63,614 nt of DNA, filler included, from Globobulimina sp. (GCA_003354225.1; 57 parts of 57 records of this genome joined end to end with filler, not necessarily neighbours in it); one strand, 5' to 3'. Numbered from the whole stretch's first letter, positions 48,656-60,458 are shown. Translations and numbers: made by a program. Notes: a model not told the origin generated them from the sequence alone.

Positions 48656-49093
48656 TTACATAATTTGTGTTTTATCACTATCATTGATTCCAGTTGGTTC
48701 ATATTGATTTTTTCCTATTTTGCGTGGACAACAAACATATGTAAAACATGCAACATTCATCATTATGGACAAAAACAATATAAAATTTATTACATAATAA
48801 TGATCATAATAAAAGGCAACATTTTCATTATTATGGAAATATCCATCCATTTGAGGCAAATCTAAATGAGCACTGGAAAGTGCTTCAGCATTGCAATAAT
48901 TTGTAGCACAACAATAAGAATCCGATTCTGCTCTGTTACATTTTGCATCACCACTCCAAATACAGCTTCTTGTGTAGGTTGTTATGCCATTTTTTTCTCT
49001 TAATTGGGTTTAAATATATTATATTTGCAAAAATAAGTACCACAAACACAATATATTGTTTATATAACTTTTTCCTGAAATCACAATTGTCCC
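48656..49093 (-). CDS. Membrane protein with Ly6/uPAR (three-finger)-like Cys pattern, 5'-partial; intron 48999..49068
   Basis: DNCDFRK|KEKNGITTYTRSCIWSGDAKCNRAESDSYCCATNYCN, then a TM helix and tail. Confidence 0.55.
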
Positions 49094-49193
49094 NNNNNNN
49101 NNNNNNNNNNNNNNNNNNNNNNNNNNNNNNNNNNNNNTTAATTAATTAANNNNNNNNNNNNNNNNNNNNNNNNNNNNNNNNNNNNNNNNNNNN

Positions 49194-50210
49194 ATAGATA
49201 TTGGCTATAAAAAAAATGCATTTTTACATATTTCACAAATAAAATGTCCAAAATATACTATTGATCATATCGTAAATAAAGCAAACGAGGAAAAACAACG
49301 AAAAATAAAACAAAAAGAATATGCAAAATTAAAAGAATTCAAAAGGAAAAAAAGACTCAAAAAGAAGAATAAAAAAAAGAACAAAAACAAACAAAACAAT
49401 AACAAACCACAAACCAATACATTTATTGATTCCAACAATGATCAACAAGAAGAAAAACAAAAACCATTGATTCTACCACGAACATTGAGTTATATGAGCA
49501 CCGCAAGAATAAAAATTGGTGATATATTGACTGATTTATATGTATTTGATATTGACTCTCCTATAGAACAAATATCATTGTCTCAATTTAAACCATTATC
49601 ACAGTTAAACATTGGTGACAAAATTAATGGATATGTTCGATCCACAGTACACTTTGCAGCATTTATTGATGTTGGATGTGAAGTCGATGGGTTTTTACAC
49701 AAAAACTCGTTGGAGATAGGTCTCAAAGATCGTATTGTTTTTAATTGCAGAGAGTGTATTGAGATCGGCCAGGAGCTACAATTAATTATAAACGATATTG
49801 ACTTAAATAGAAATAAATTACAACTTATTATCAACACACAATATTATGATAACACAAAATCGTTGCTGTTGCCGCAAGATATTGACGAATCTTTAGCTGT
49901 CTACCAATCAATATTTGGAATATTATCTGACGATATAAATGATTTAATATTAAAATTTATGGATTTTGTTTCATTATATAAATGTCGAAAAGTTTGTAAA
50001 TTATTTGAAAGAATAATTGATAATAACACTGGATTGAAATTTGAGATCGCAGAATTAAAATGTTATCACAGCAAAAAATCATTCAGACAGCAAACTTTAG
50101 GCTTTGGTGTAAAAGTGGAACGATATCCCAATTCAGGACATATTTGTGATAGCTGTATTGAACAAGCTCATCAGATAATAGAGGAAGAACTGAACCTCCT
50201 TATTATTATA
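49194..50210 (+). CDS. S1 RNA-binding domains + F-box protein, partial
   Basis: IDIGYKKNAFLHISQI and GDKINGYVRSTVHFAAFIDVG..DGFLH (S1); LSDDINDLILKFMDFVSLYKCRKVCKLF (F-box). Confidence 0.75.
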
Positions 50211-50316
50211 NNNNNNNNNNNNNNNNNNNNNNNNNNNNNNNNNNNNNNNNNNNNTTAATTAATTAANNNNNNNNNNNNNNNNNNNNNNNNNNNNNNNNNN
50301 NNNNNNNNNNATAAAA

Positions 50317-51327
50317 TCAATACATAAAGTTTTGATGGAAAACTTGAAAAAATATTTTTGTGCCGGAATAGCATCTTGGTGGTGCCGCCAAAAGTCGATG
50401 AGATGAACATCGCGACCATTTATTATGATGCCATGCAACAATTATTTTGCGCCATTTTATGTCATTACGTAACACGAGGAACCAACAAACACCAAACGCA
50501 TTATTATACAGTGGATTATCAGCAGCATTCACCACCAACTCCTTACAGCAACATTTGTCTTTATTGTTTTCAATTTCCTTCCAATATTGCTCGCCATATT
50601 GACATTCATCACTGCCATATAATAACAATGCGGACTCGCAGCTAACCAGTGAGTCATACATCGCATTCCCAAACAATATATGATTTGTAAATGCTTTCAA
50701 TGGCAAAATATACTCATCATTGGAAGCCATGTCCTTTAATAATTTATCCGCATCCAAAAGCATTAATTCTTTCAACGTTTTTGGCAGCAAACGGCATTTT
50801 GATAAACATTCTGCGACTTCAACACCAAAATGCGGAGAAGCTAAAGTTATAAAATTAATCAATTCAATATTCCGGCCACTTATCGTATTTATAAAGATTG
50901 AGTCAAACAATAATTTCAAGGCATATCTGCTGTATATCCCACCCAATGAACAGCCAATGATCGATAGTTTGTCAATGGACTGATTCTCAGCAAGCACTGC
51001 TTTGATTTCCTTTGATAATCGCTTGCCTCCTCTGGCAATGCCATCATTTGTTTTGCAGAGTGTGTAAAAAAAGAATCCATTGGAATTGGAGCGTGAGTTA
51101 TAAACCATGATCGCATCACAATTATCAGCAATGCCACTGTTTTGAAAATAATGTTTGAAGGAAGTCTGCAGAGAGTTTAGACAAATATAATGACCAAAAT
51201 AGCCAGAAACTAATACTATTAAATGTTTAGGAGTTGCACTCGATTTATATGCTTGGCAATGATATTTGGCTGATTTTTGTATTATTGTCGTTATGATAAA
51301 GTACCACAGAAATGCAAGCAACAGATT
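50317..51327 (-). CDS. DUF676-type putative lipase/serine esterase
   Basis: HLIVLVSGYFG, TNDGIARGGKRL, LSIIGCSLGG, FITLASPHFGV. Confidence 0.85.
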   Translation of the reverse strand, partial: NLLLAFLWYFIITTIIQKSAKYHCQAYKSSATPKHLIVLVSGYFGHYICLNSLQTSFKHYFQNSGIADNCDAIMVYNSRSNSNGFFFYTLCKTNDGIARGGKRLSKEIKAVLAENQSIDKLSIIGCSLGGIYSRYALKLLFDSIFINTISGRNIELINFITLASPHFGVEVAECLSKCRLLPKTLKELMLLDADKLLKDMASNDEYILPLKAFTNHILFGNAMYDSLVSCESALLLYGSDECQYGEQYWKEIENNKDKCCCKELVVNAADNPLYNNAFGVCWFLVLRNDIKWRKIIVAWHHNKWSRCSSHRLLAAPPRCYSGTKIFFQVFHQNFMY

Positions 51328-51552
51328 NNNNNNNNNNNNNNNNNNNNNNNNNNNNNNNNNNNNNNNNNNNNTTAATTAATTAANNNNNNNNNNNNNNNNN
51401 NNNNNNNNNNNNNNNNNNNNNNNNNNNACTGAAGTGGCTAAAACTCATAGACATAATCAGCTACATAAATCTAAAATGTTTATTGGTCATACATACACAA
51501 TAAATTAGTTTATGCAATAATAATTAGTAAATACAGAAATAGGTTAATTTAA

Positions 51553-52444
51553 TCACTTCTTTTTATTAGATTTCATATTTGGTCTTTTTTTACCACTTTT
51601 CTTCAATTTGGCTGCATAACGACGGCATTTTGCGCAATAGGCCTTCCCTTTGACACCATAATAATCACTTTCAATTTGAGATTTACATCGATTACATTTG
51701 AAACATCCGTCATGATACTTTTTGTTCAAAGCTGTAATTACGTCACCATCTTGTATTTCTCCCTTACAACCGGCACATCTGAAACATACATATTTAGTTT
51801 AGTTTATTGTTATTACAGAAATGATAATCTATTTATTTCCTACTTAGCATTGTAAACTTTCTCGAAACATTGGGCGCAATATGTTTTGTTGGTAATGATG
51901 TCATCTTGTTTAACTTGAGTTACTTCCAATCGCTCGCCACATCGATTACATCTGAGACATTGTTCATGGTACGGTTGACGTCGTAAAAAGACCACTGGGG
52001 CCGTATTTCTAATAATACCTCTGCACTCTCGACACTTGAAACAACGATTATGCCAGTAATTGCCGCGTCCGTCCGAACGAAATTCTTCTTCAGTCTTTTT
52101 GTTGCACCGCATACAAATTCTCTCTAAAAATATATAGAGTAAGAAAATTGGGTTACGGTAGTCTAGTCGGTCACTGATTGGTCACCTTTGTTCCTTAACT
52201 TTTCCTTCGCCTCTCTCCGTTTCTTGGTTCGACACGACTTGCAGATAACTTTGTCATTCTTTGATGTCACTTTTCTGTCGTAAATTTTGTCACAAACGTC
52301 ACATTTGGTTGTTTTCTTTGTGTTTCTAGTCAACTGATTGTCTTTGTTTATTGGTCCATTTTTGGCTTGTAATGTGTCCGTACTTGTCCTTTCGTCATCG
52401 GCATGATAAGGGAAAACCGCCACCGCACCATTCAGGAGAACACC
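51553..52444 (-). CDS. Multi-LIM-domain protein, 5'-partial, two introns
   Basis: CMRC...WHNRCFKCREC, YHEQCLRCNRC...YCAQC, CAGC...YHDGCFKCNRC...YCAKC. Confidence 0.88.
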
Positions 52445-52544
52445 NNNNNNNNNNNNNNNNNNNNNNNNNNNNNNNNNNNNNNNNNNNNTTAATTAATTAA
52501 NNNNNNNNNNNNNNNNNNNNNNNNNNNNNNNNNNNNNNNNNNNN

Positions 52545-52671
52545 AGGCTGGATTTGCATTGTTGTGTAATTTGAATGCTTTGTAAACATATCGTTGTATT
52601 ATAGATGTTTTGCCTGTGGCTATATCACCAACCATAAGAATCTTGATTGCCAGTTCTTCGTTTGTTGTCAT
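52545..52671 (-). CDS. Rab-family GTPase N-terminus (Rab32/38-like)
   Basis: KILMVGDIATGKTSIIQRYV P-loop. Confidence 0.75.
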
Positions 52672-53963
52672 CAGTACTCAGTGGAAGCAAAAGTTTTCAC
52701 ACACAACATTAGCTACAGTGGTTCATCTGGTATTGTCCAATGGCAATATCTGGACAATATCAGATGACATTCTTTTTCATGACTGATTTATTGGACAATA
52801 ACAGATGTCGACGTACAGTATCATTCGGAGCAAGGATGGAGCCGACATTCTATCCAATAATAATCCAAATAACAATGCCAATGAGTTCAATCCAATCCAG
52901 TCCAACCGCCGCAAACCTCATTTACGCAATTATCAAATGACGATGATGCTAATATTGATATCAATGATATGGCTCCACAACGAAAAAGACAAAAATTAAA
53001 CAGCAATAATAAGAATAATAATATCCCGCCGCCACTACAAAATGCACCAAATATTATCCAAGAAATGTTTGATGGTGAAATGGGACGTTATTCTTGATCA
53101 TCAACATCAAAATCGCCAAAATTAGTCACTAAATCATTAAAATCAGATGTTTTATATATACAAAATTCATCCGTTTCATCGGTTTCATCCATACCACTCG
53201 TATATGTATTACAATATTCATCAAACATTTCAAGATTTGCATAATACTTCAAATTATTATTTGCCATTGTTACGGTCCGAATTCAACCCAGAAAATGATT
53301 CTTTTTCCTTTATGGACGCAGAGAGTGATGGCGGTGGAATGAATTTTGATTTTGATGAATCGGATGGCGGCGATATTAAGCCTCGGGGTGATGGTGGTGA
53401 CGGTGTAATAGTCGCAGTGAATGAGAATGAAATGTTACCAAACAAAGAACCAACGCTTTCGAAACGGCGCGGTGCAATTTCTGTGGAGATGGAGGTCAAA
53501 ATGAAGGATGAAATGTTGTATGATGTCGAGGAGTTTTTCGAGTATGGCTGTGATATATTATNNNNNNNNNNNNNNNNNNNNNNNNNNNNNNNNNNNNNNN
53601 NNNNNTTAATTAATTAANNNNNNNNNNNNNNNNNNNNNNNNNNNNNNNNNNNNNNNNNNNNCCGTTTGCATTATGCGTACTAATATTAATATTGAATGCA
53701 ATGCATCACCAATATTTTGATAGATTAATTACTTTTTAGGTATTTTTCAACATCACCAATTGCAATAAAACATCGATCCCTAATTTCCTATAAACATAAA
53801 CAATCAATAAAACAGCACCACTATCAATATTTAGGGTCCGACACCAGCATCATATCTTTTTTTTGCAAAGTAACCGAATGTTTTCAGAAAGAAAATCTTT
53901 TATCGATATCGCAACCAAACACTCTGTCTTCCAAACTACAAACTGGCTTTGCTTCCTGAACCA

Positions 53964-54678
53964 ATGAGACACCTTTTCACACAGTTTACCGGACGAAACG
54001 TTCGTAGATTCACAAGAGTTGTGGTCAGTGGGGTTGGTTTGTCAGCAGTTGCAAGAAACTTCTATAGAGTCTCACAGCGATCATTCGTCTATGCATCCAA
54101 TACAAATGAAGTCAATGAACCGGAAAAATATGATTTAATCGTAATTGGTATTTGAATATTTCCATTTCATCACATATTTACCCAACGCATACACACACCA
54201 TCCCACCCAGGCGGAGGCAGCGCAGGTATTGCCTCGGCAAAACGTGCGGCATCCTACGGAGCAAAAGTAAAACTCTTTGAATATAACCGATTTGGCGGCA
54301 CCTGTGTGAATGTTGGCTGTGTGCCTAAAAAATTAATGTGGACCGCCTCTTCCATTGCCACCACAATAAATCACCACAGCAAACATTATGGATTCCAGTT
54401 TGGAAACAATTGGAAACATAACAATAACACTGCAGATTTTGACATGAAAGCTTTAAAACAACGCAGAGATAAATACGTTGCATTCTTGAATGGTATCTAT
54501 GAAAAAGGACTAACTGCAAAGAATATTGATCACGAAAACAGTTTTGCAAAGTTTGTCGACCGCCATATCATTGAAGCAAATGGCAAATTATACACTGCTC
54601 CAAATATCTTGATTGCTGTTGGTGGCTTTCCATACATTCCAGACATTGCCGGCAAAGAAGGAGCGGAATTCGTCGATC
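53964..54678 (+). CDS. GSR: Glutathione reductase with mitochondrial-type presequence, 3'-partial; intron 54148..54210
   Basis: YDLIVIG|GGSAGIASAKRAASYGAKV...GGTCVNVGCVPKKLMW. Confidence 0.93.
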
Positions 54679-55207
54679 NNNNNNNNNNNNNNNNNNNNNN
54701 NNNNNNNNNNNNNNNNNNNNNNTTAATTAATTAANNNNNNNNNNNNNNNNNNNNNNNNNNNNNNNNNNNNNNNNNNNNGTATTCAGTTCCTAGGTCATTG
54801 GACAACTGATTTCTAACGTTTGTTTGACAAAGATTGGTTTGACGTCGATGCTTTCAAAAGATTTCAAAAAGTTTCAAAAAGATTTAAAAAGTTTAAAAAC
54901 AAATGAAGTGAACTGTGTAAAGTAGTTAAGTTCGGATTTGAGAACCTGAGAAATAGCTTGTATTATTCGCGATTACTAATATTCGTAGCAACTTGATTTT
55001 TGCTCTATATGTTCGGAAAGGAAATCATCTTAAAAAGTATAGATAGCGCACAATAAAAAAACGTTATCAGAACTTTTTTGAAAACGAATTTTGACGAAAA
55101 TAACAATACACCACACATTCATTTAAAAACAAATTTCAGACAAAAAATTAGGTACAACTAAAAATAAAAGTGCGACTAGACAAAAGTAATAAAAGTACTT
55201 TATAATA

Positions 55208-55795
55208 TTAAACATTTGAGGCCGAGGCATGGCCAGCCAATGGGTTATATCTTTGCGCTAATGTTTGATAGCGGATTGTCCCAAAATGATATCCATTGTA
55301 AGGTATTCTATGTGTTGTTGGAGTAATAACATACGGCGCCATGGCCATTTGCGATTGATTAACATTAATATTGACAGGCATTAATATACAGTTTGTTTGA
55401 TGATTAAACATTATAAATTTATCCGCCAAGTCAAATATAATTTTATCGTAATTAATATTGTTAGCACGTATACTCTGACTCTGACTCGCATTATAATTCA
55501 TTATTTGTGTTGAATTTGCTAAATGAATTAGATTTGATCTCAATTGTTTTGAGATATTTTTTGCATTTCCAGTTCTTTTCCGAACCCTATTTTCTTTTTT
55601 ATCTGCTTCTTTTTCGCTTATTATATCTTTTTTTAACCAAATATTAATATTTAATAAATCATTTAAATTAAGGAAAAATGTTTTAATTTGTTTACAATTT
55701 TTAATGACACCATTTGGAATCAGTGGCTGTTGCTTCGTGTTTGCATACTTTATATTTGCATGAACCAAACCAACCAAAATGGGGTATAATCGTTG
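55208..55795 (-). CDS. Hypothetical protein, partial
   Basis: 189-aa ORF. Confidence 0.4.
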   Translation of the reverse strand, partial: QRLYPILVGLVHANIKYANTKQQPLIPNGVIKNCKQIKTFFLNLNDLLNINIWLKKDIISEKEADKKENRVRKRTGNAKNISKQLRSNLIHLANSTQIMNYNASQSQSIRANNINYDKIIFDLADKFIMFNHQTNCILMPVNINVNQSQMAMAPYVITPTTHRIPYNGYHFGTIRYQTLAQRYNPLAGHASASNV

Positions 55796-55902
55796 NNNNN
55801 NNNNNNNNNNNNNNNNNNNNNNNNNNNNNNNNNNNNNNNTTAATTAATTAANNNNNNNNNNNNNNNNNNNNNNNNNNNNNNNNNNNNNNNNNNNNTCCCT
55901 GA

Positions 55903-56265
55903 GGTTTCTGAAAAAGTTATTTGCGAGGCGAAGCCGAGGGATACTTTTTCAAGAAACCGAAGGAGATTATTTATAAACGGTCCGAGAACAAATCAGAATT
56001 TATAGTTTCTTGAAAAAGCAGATTTGATTTAACTATTTTGTATACATTATGTTTGTTTATGGGATTGCTTTTTTGTATAACTTTTTTATTTTGTATAACG
56101 AAATTTCGCATTATAATAAAAACGAAAAATAGTATGAGGCGTAGCGAATACTATTTTCAAACAAACAAAGCAAAACAAATAATATCACCATACTAAACAA
56201 AGCAAAACAAAACAAAAATAATATCATAAAACGAATAATAAAATGTTCGAGAACCCAAAGGGTTC
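55903..56265. repeat. Cluster of imperfect palindromes with GAA/GTA/AAA triloops
   Basis: 55903..55958 centred on GGCGAAGCC; 56126..56157 centred on GCGTAGC; 56251..56265 GAACCC-AAA-GGGTTC. Confidence 0.65.
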
Positions 56266-56519
56266 GAGAATAACCATCCATAAAATGTTCGCCAAATTAC
56301 TGGGAACAGAGTGGCATTGACCGACTTTGATGAATTGTTTAAAAAACATTTTTACTCAAACATTTTTAGTAACACAATGCATTCGTCGTCGAGAGCTTTG
56401 CTCGAGAGCAACCCGGCTCAGATATGTCTCTTTATTTTATGTATCATTTGATCGAAGCATAGCTGAGATCAATGTGTATATATATAGATATTATGGGACG
56501 AGTGGGAATGCATCGATTG

Positions 56520-56730
56520 ATGCTGTATTATTTTGCTGCATTTTATGGTGCCATTATGGCGTATTATTTGGCGTATTATACGCCGCATTTTATGGTGCTA
56601 TTTGGCGTATTATTTGGCATATTATATGCCACATTTATGGATATGGCGTATTATGGGCGGTGCCAAATGCCCTTATTATTCGGTGCCATATGTGGCGTAT
56701 TTATGGGTGCCAAATGGCCGTATTTTATGG
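56520..56730. repeat. Degenerate minisatellite (TTATGGCG/TATTTGGC-like units)
   Basis: Short recurrent units keep all three + frames open. Confidence 0.7.
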
Positions 56731-56752
56731 TGAATTTATGAGGTCCTATGGA

Positions 56753-56912
56753 CCGATGAGAGCGCCGCGGATTATGTGAATATATGAGGGCCTGCGGCCC
56801 GATGAGAGCGCCGCGGATTATGTGAATATATGAGGGCCTGCGGCCCGATGAGAGCGCCGCGGATTATGTGAATATATGAGGGCCTGCGGCCCGATGAGAG
56901 CGCCGCGGATTA
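56753..56912. repeat. 46-bp perfect tandem repeat (about 3.4 copies, runs off contig end)
   Basis: GATGAGAGCGCCGCGGATTATGTGAATATATGAGGGCCTGCGGCCC starts at 56755, 56801, 56847 and 56893. Confidence 0.95.
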
Positions 56913-57012
56913 NNNNNNNNNNNNNNNNNNNNNNNNNNNNNNNNNNNNNNNNNNNNTTAATTAATTAANNNNNNNNNNNNNNNNNNNNNNNNNNNNNNNN
57001 NNNNNNNNNNNN

Positions 57013-57384
57013 GGTTCGATTGGTCGTTTGTTCTGCGGGCATCGGTTTATCCAACATGTAACAGATGAACTCCAGTTGCTTCTCACTATCATATTTAATT
57101 TGTTCCAATGGATCGTTATCCAAAAAGAGCTCGTTGAAGACGTTTTCGAAGTCGCTGTCCGATTGTTTGACCAGATCCAACATAACCGTCATGAGTCGTC
57201 TTCGAGAGACACGTTGTAGGGCCTCGTGAACACAGTGATACAGCTGTAATCCATAACCAGTCATCATACAAAGGTCGTGTTGTTTCACACCCAGAGCGGT
57301 CTTACATCCGGAACAATTTTCCCTTATAACATTCTTCAAACAAAGAACTTCCCTGAGGGCTTGGTAGAAAAATATATTAGCCAT
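57013..57384 (-). CDS. Small CxxC...HxxC protein, Polinton/adintovirus-like
   Basis: CSGC...KQHDLCMM; intronless, with a compact promoter upstream. Confidence 0.45.
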
Positions 57385-57421
57385 GTTTACTGAATTTATA
57401 GAAGTTTGTTCTTGTTTTATA
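57385..57421 (-). promoter_or_regulatory. TATA box + TCAGT initiator directly upstream of ATG
   Basis: Minus strand TATAAAA (57421-57415), TCAGT (57393-57389) 28 nt later, then AAAC-ATG. Confidence 0.55.
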
Positions 57422-57614
57422 GATTCTCTAATGATGCTCAGCTTCTTTTCTCATCTTTTTTAACATCCCCGTATGGAGCGCCAGCGAAATACGCCGGGGA
57501 ATTCGACGACCTTTAGGTTTCTGAGAATCACCAGCGCTATCGTATGCATAAAACGTTATATTTATTCAGTAAGAAAGCCAGTGATACAAAGTATATACGG
57601 CATAAGCTGTCACA

Positions 57615-58029
57615 TTACACTTTTGCTGTAAGATAGCGTATCGCAAAACACCTTTTTCGAAACGTAGATTCATATAAGATATCAATTCGAAATGATATCC
57701 CCTTTCGCTGCTCCAATGGTTCCATGGTTTCAAAGACCCTTTTTAAAAATTGTGACGTTCTTCTGATGGCGTCTTTAGACCAAGCGACTGCTGTCCCATT
57801 GCAATAAATAGTGAGATGTTCATTCAACTGATGGTCATAGCAAAAAGTTAGGAGCACTCTTTCGGTTCGCTTCATTGCAGAAAATAAACAGTTGTCTTCG
57901 GCCCAAGTTCTTCTTGTAGACGTTTCCATGACGGTTGATGTTTCCACATTTTTGGTCGAGTCTCCATCCGAAGGCAGTATGATCATGATGGAGATAAAAA
58001 TGAGTGCCACTCCGACCATCCCTGCGCAA
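57615..58029 (-). CDS. Small N-terminally anchored protein, possibly viral
   Basis: Hydrophobic N-terminus; AATAAA about 45 nt after the stop; co-oriented with the next small ORF. Confidence 0.45.
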
Positions 58030-58204
58030 NNNNNNNNNNNNNNNNNNNNNNNNNNNNNNNNNNNNNNNNNNNNTTAATTAATTAANNNNNNNNNNNNNNN
58101 NNNNNNNNNNNNNNNNNNNNNNNNNNNNNAGTTAGTAGTTACAAGCTTTTCAATACAAAAACCATGTTGTAATAAAAAGTTAAATTCAATCCTTTCGTTT
58201 CAGG

Positions 58205-58777
58205 ATGAATTTTCACCAAATTGATCTTTCCCCCATATCAGTACAAAACTGTGGCGACAGTATCTACACAGACGATGGAATCGATGATCTTATTGATAAT
58301 GTTCTACAATCAATGGATGAATTTAAGCTAACATCCGCTCATTCAGCTGACACAGAAACACTTATAATTACCACAACAACCAAAGTTGAATCGGAATCAA
58401 TGAAACTATTCTCACCCAATCCATTTTACCCAGGTCAACCATTACCAATTACGCCATCTTCATCATTACAACCTACGCTCCAATATATTATGCACAAATT
58501 GAAGGGAAAAGATGATGACAATGATGGACAATTAGATTTACACCAATTTAGCGAAGCGATTCATGAATTGGATTCAGATGCAGATGATGAAGAAATTGAA
58601 GATATATTTGGCTCAATATGTTGCCATTGTGCATGCATATGCACACATAATAGGATATCAATAAGCAAATTCATTCAAGATATAAGTTGTCGTTCCACAG
58701 ATGAACATGTCTCCAGACCAAAGAAGTTATTTCGTGCTGCATTTGCAGACAGATTCGGTGCCCATGTACCAGTATAA
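58205..58777 (+). CDS. EF-hand protein
   Basis: DDDNDGQLDLHQF EF loop followed by DEEIEDIF helix. Confidence 0.65.
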   Translation: MNFHQIDLSPISVQNCGDSIYTDDGIDDLIDNVLQSMDEFKLTSAHSADTETLIITTTTKVESESMKLFSPNPFYPGQPLPITPSSSLQPTLQYIMHKLKGKDDDNDGQLDLHQFSEAIHELDSDADDEEIEDIFGSICCHCACICTHNRISISKFIQDISCRSTDEHVSRPKKLFRAAFADRFGAHVPV

Positions 58778-59118
58778 TAATACATGCATTGCAGCTTTAC
58801 CTTTTTTCTTTTCTAGCTTTTTTTTGTTCAGTGTTATGTTTACCTTTTTTCTAGCTCTTTTTTTGTTACATTTTGTTTTGTGTGACCCATTCCCATTTTG
58901 TCTGTTTAATTCTAATTAACTTTATAGTCGTAGTATAGTATCTTTTTTTTCATGACAATTTACAGCAGAACAAAAATTAATAAATACATGCTTAATCATG
59001 ATCAATTGCTTAAATCACTATCTATTATCTATAACATCCAAAAATTGGTACCGTGAGTGCCAACATCCACTTCTTGTAATAATATAATATCAGAATTTAC
59101 TTTTTTCAATTCATTGAT

Positions 59119-59146
59119 AAGAGCATCCGGTCTTCAGCGTCAGATT
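59119..59146. mobile_element. MITE copy 3 (TIR only, at contig end)
   Basis: AAGAGCATCCGGTCTTCAGCGTCAGATT is identical to 28866..28893. Confidence 0.8.
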
Positions 59147-59909
59147 NNNNNNNNNNNNNNNNNNNNNNNNNNNNNNNNNNNNNNNNNNNNTTAATTAATT
59201 AANNNNNNNNNNNNNNNNNNNNNNNNNNNNNNNNNNNNNNNNNNNNAATAGCAATACATCTTCCATCCAGTTGAATTCCATGTATCTTGGTTGCATCATG
59301 TCTTGGTGTCTCACACGGCAAACTTCAAAGTAGAGGTTCAGTCTTTGTACCAATTGTGCTGTAAATGCCATCTATTTGCAAATATAATTATAATATGGAC
59401 AAATAGAAACAATAAACCGTCATATAATGACAACGATATACTGTCAGATAGAACAGAACAAGGTCAAATTGAAACATTTGTAGACTTGCCAATATTTGCA
59501 GTATATTGTTTACAGTTTGGATTGGTAAAATTCTTGTTATAATATTTATATAACAATGGTTATTTAATAAGAAATAGCACATTTGGAGTGGAGAAAAATG
59601 TCATGGCAATTAACCCACAATTAATCAAATAACCAATAAAAACGCTGTAAACATATCGCGGGTATGTATACCCTCAAACAGTAAATGTCGGTGCGTGTGC
59701 AGGACAAAGTTATAGCAAACACAACAATTAAAGCTATAAACTAAACCAAATGTAACATGTTTATTTATTAAAAAAAAACTTTTAATCTTAGTCTACAGTG
59801 TATAAAAAACTTAGTATTTGAACTGATCCTGTGGATACCAATGAGTGAAGCCAAATGACGTTCCGTTCTTCTTGCTTGAGTACAGAGACCAAAGGGACCA
59901 AACAAAATG

Positions 59910-60263
59910 ACACCGTCTCCCTTGTCGTCGTCGGCCCGGCGCGCCTGGGGGGAGAATTCCCGCCCGCGGGGTTGGGTCAGGACGAGGGCGTCGCAAGCAC
60001 CGCAGCGGTCTGGAGCTCCCAGAATGCGCACCAGATACATCTCGTCCAGCCACAGGTAGCGGATCAAACCCGGTGGTTCGGTCTGCGGGTCGAGTCCTGC
60101 GACGTAGGCGCGCCCGTTGTGCTGCGCGCACTCGACGACATGGATGGTCGCGATGACGACGGCGGGCCGCTTTTCGTCATCGACCGTGAGGGAGGCGACT
60201 TGCACGTGGTGTTGTCGATTCATCGTGGACAAGAGCGACGTGATGTCGGCGTTGTGGAACACC
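59910..60263 (-). CDS. High-GC prokaryotic or phage gene fragment, possibly WYL-like
   Basis: Strong G/C third-position bias; HNGRAYVAGLD...IRYLWLDEM resembles WYL motif spacing; abuts AT-rich DNA. Confidence 0.4.
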
Positions 60264-60458
60264 NNNNNNNNNNNNNNNNNNNNNNNNNNNNNNNNNNNNN
60301 NNNNNNNTTAATTAATTAANNNNNNNNNNNNNNNNNNNNNNNNNNNNNNNNNNNNNNNNNNNNGGTAAACAGACTGAATTCAATAAAACGCAGAGATCAT
60401 CCATTGGGATTTCTTGTCCGTGTCTATCAACTAAAGAGTCAGTAAACATGGCGATGGA

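Noticed and set aside
52715..52800. WWE-like VQWQYLDN motif
   Set aside because: Interrupted by stops immediately and too short to call.
56327..56779. Three overlapping hydrophobic ORFs
   Set aside because: Frames are open because of the minisatellite.
56753..56912. CRISPR array
   Set aside because: Units are contiguous and identical with no unique spacers, and there are no cas genes.
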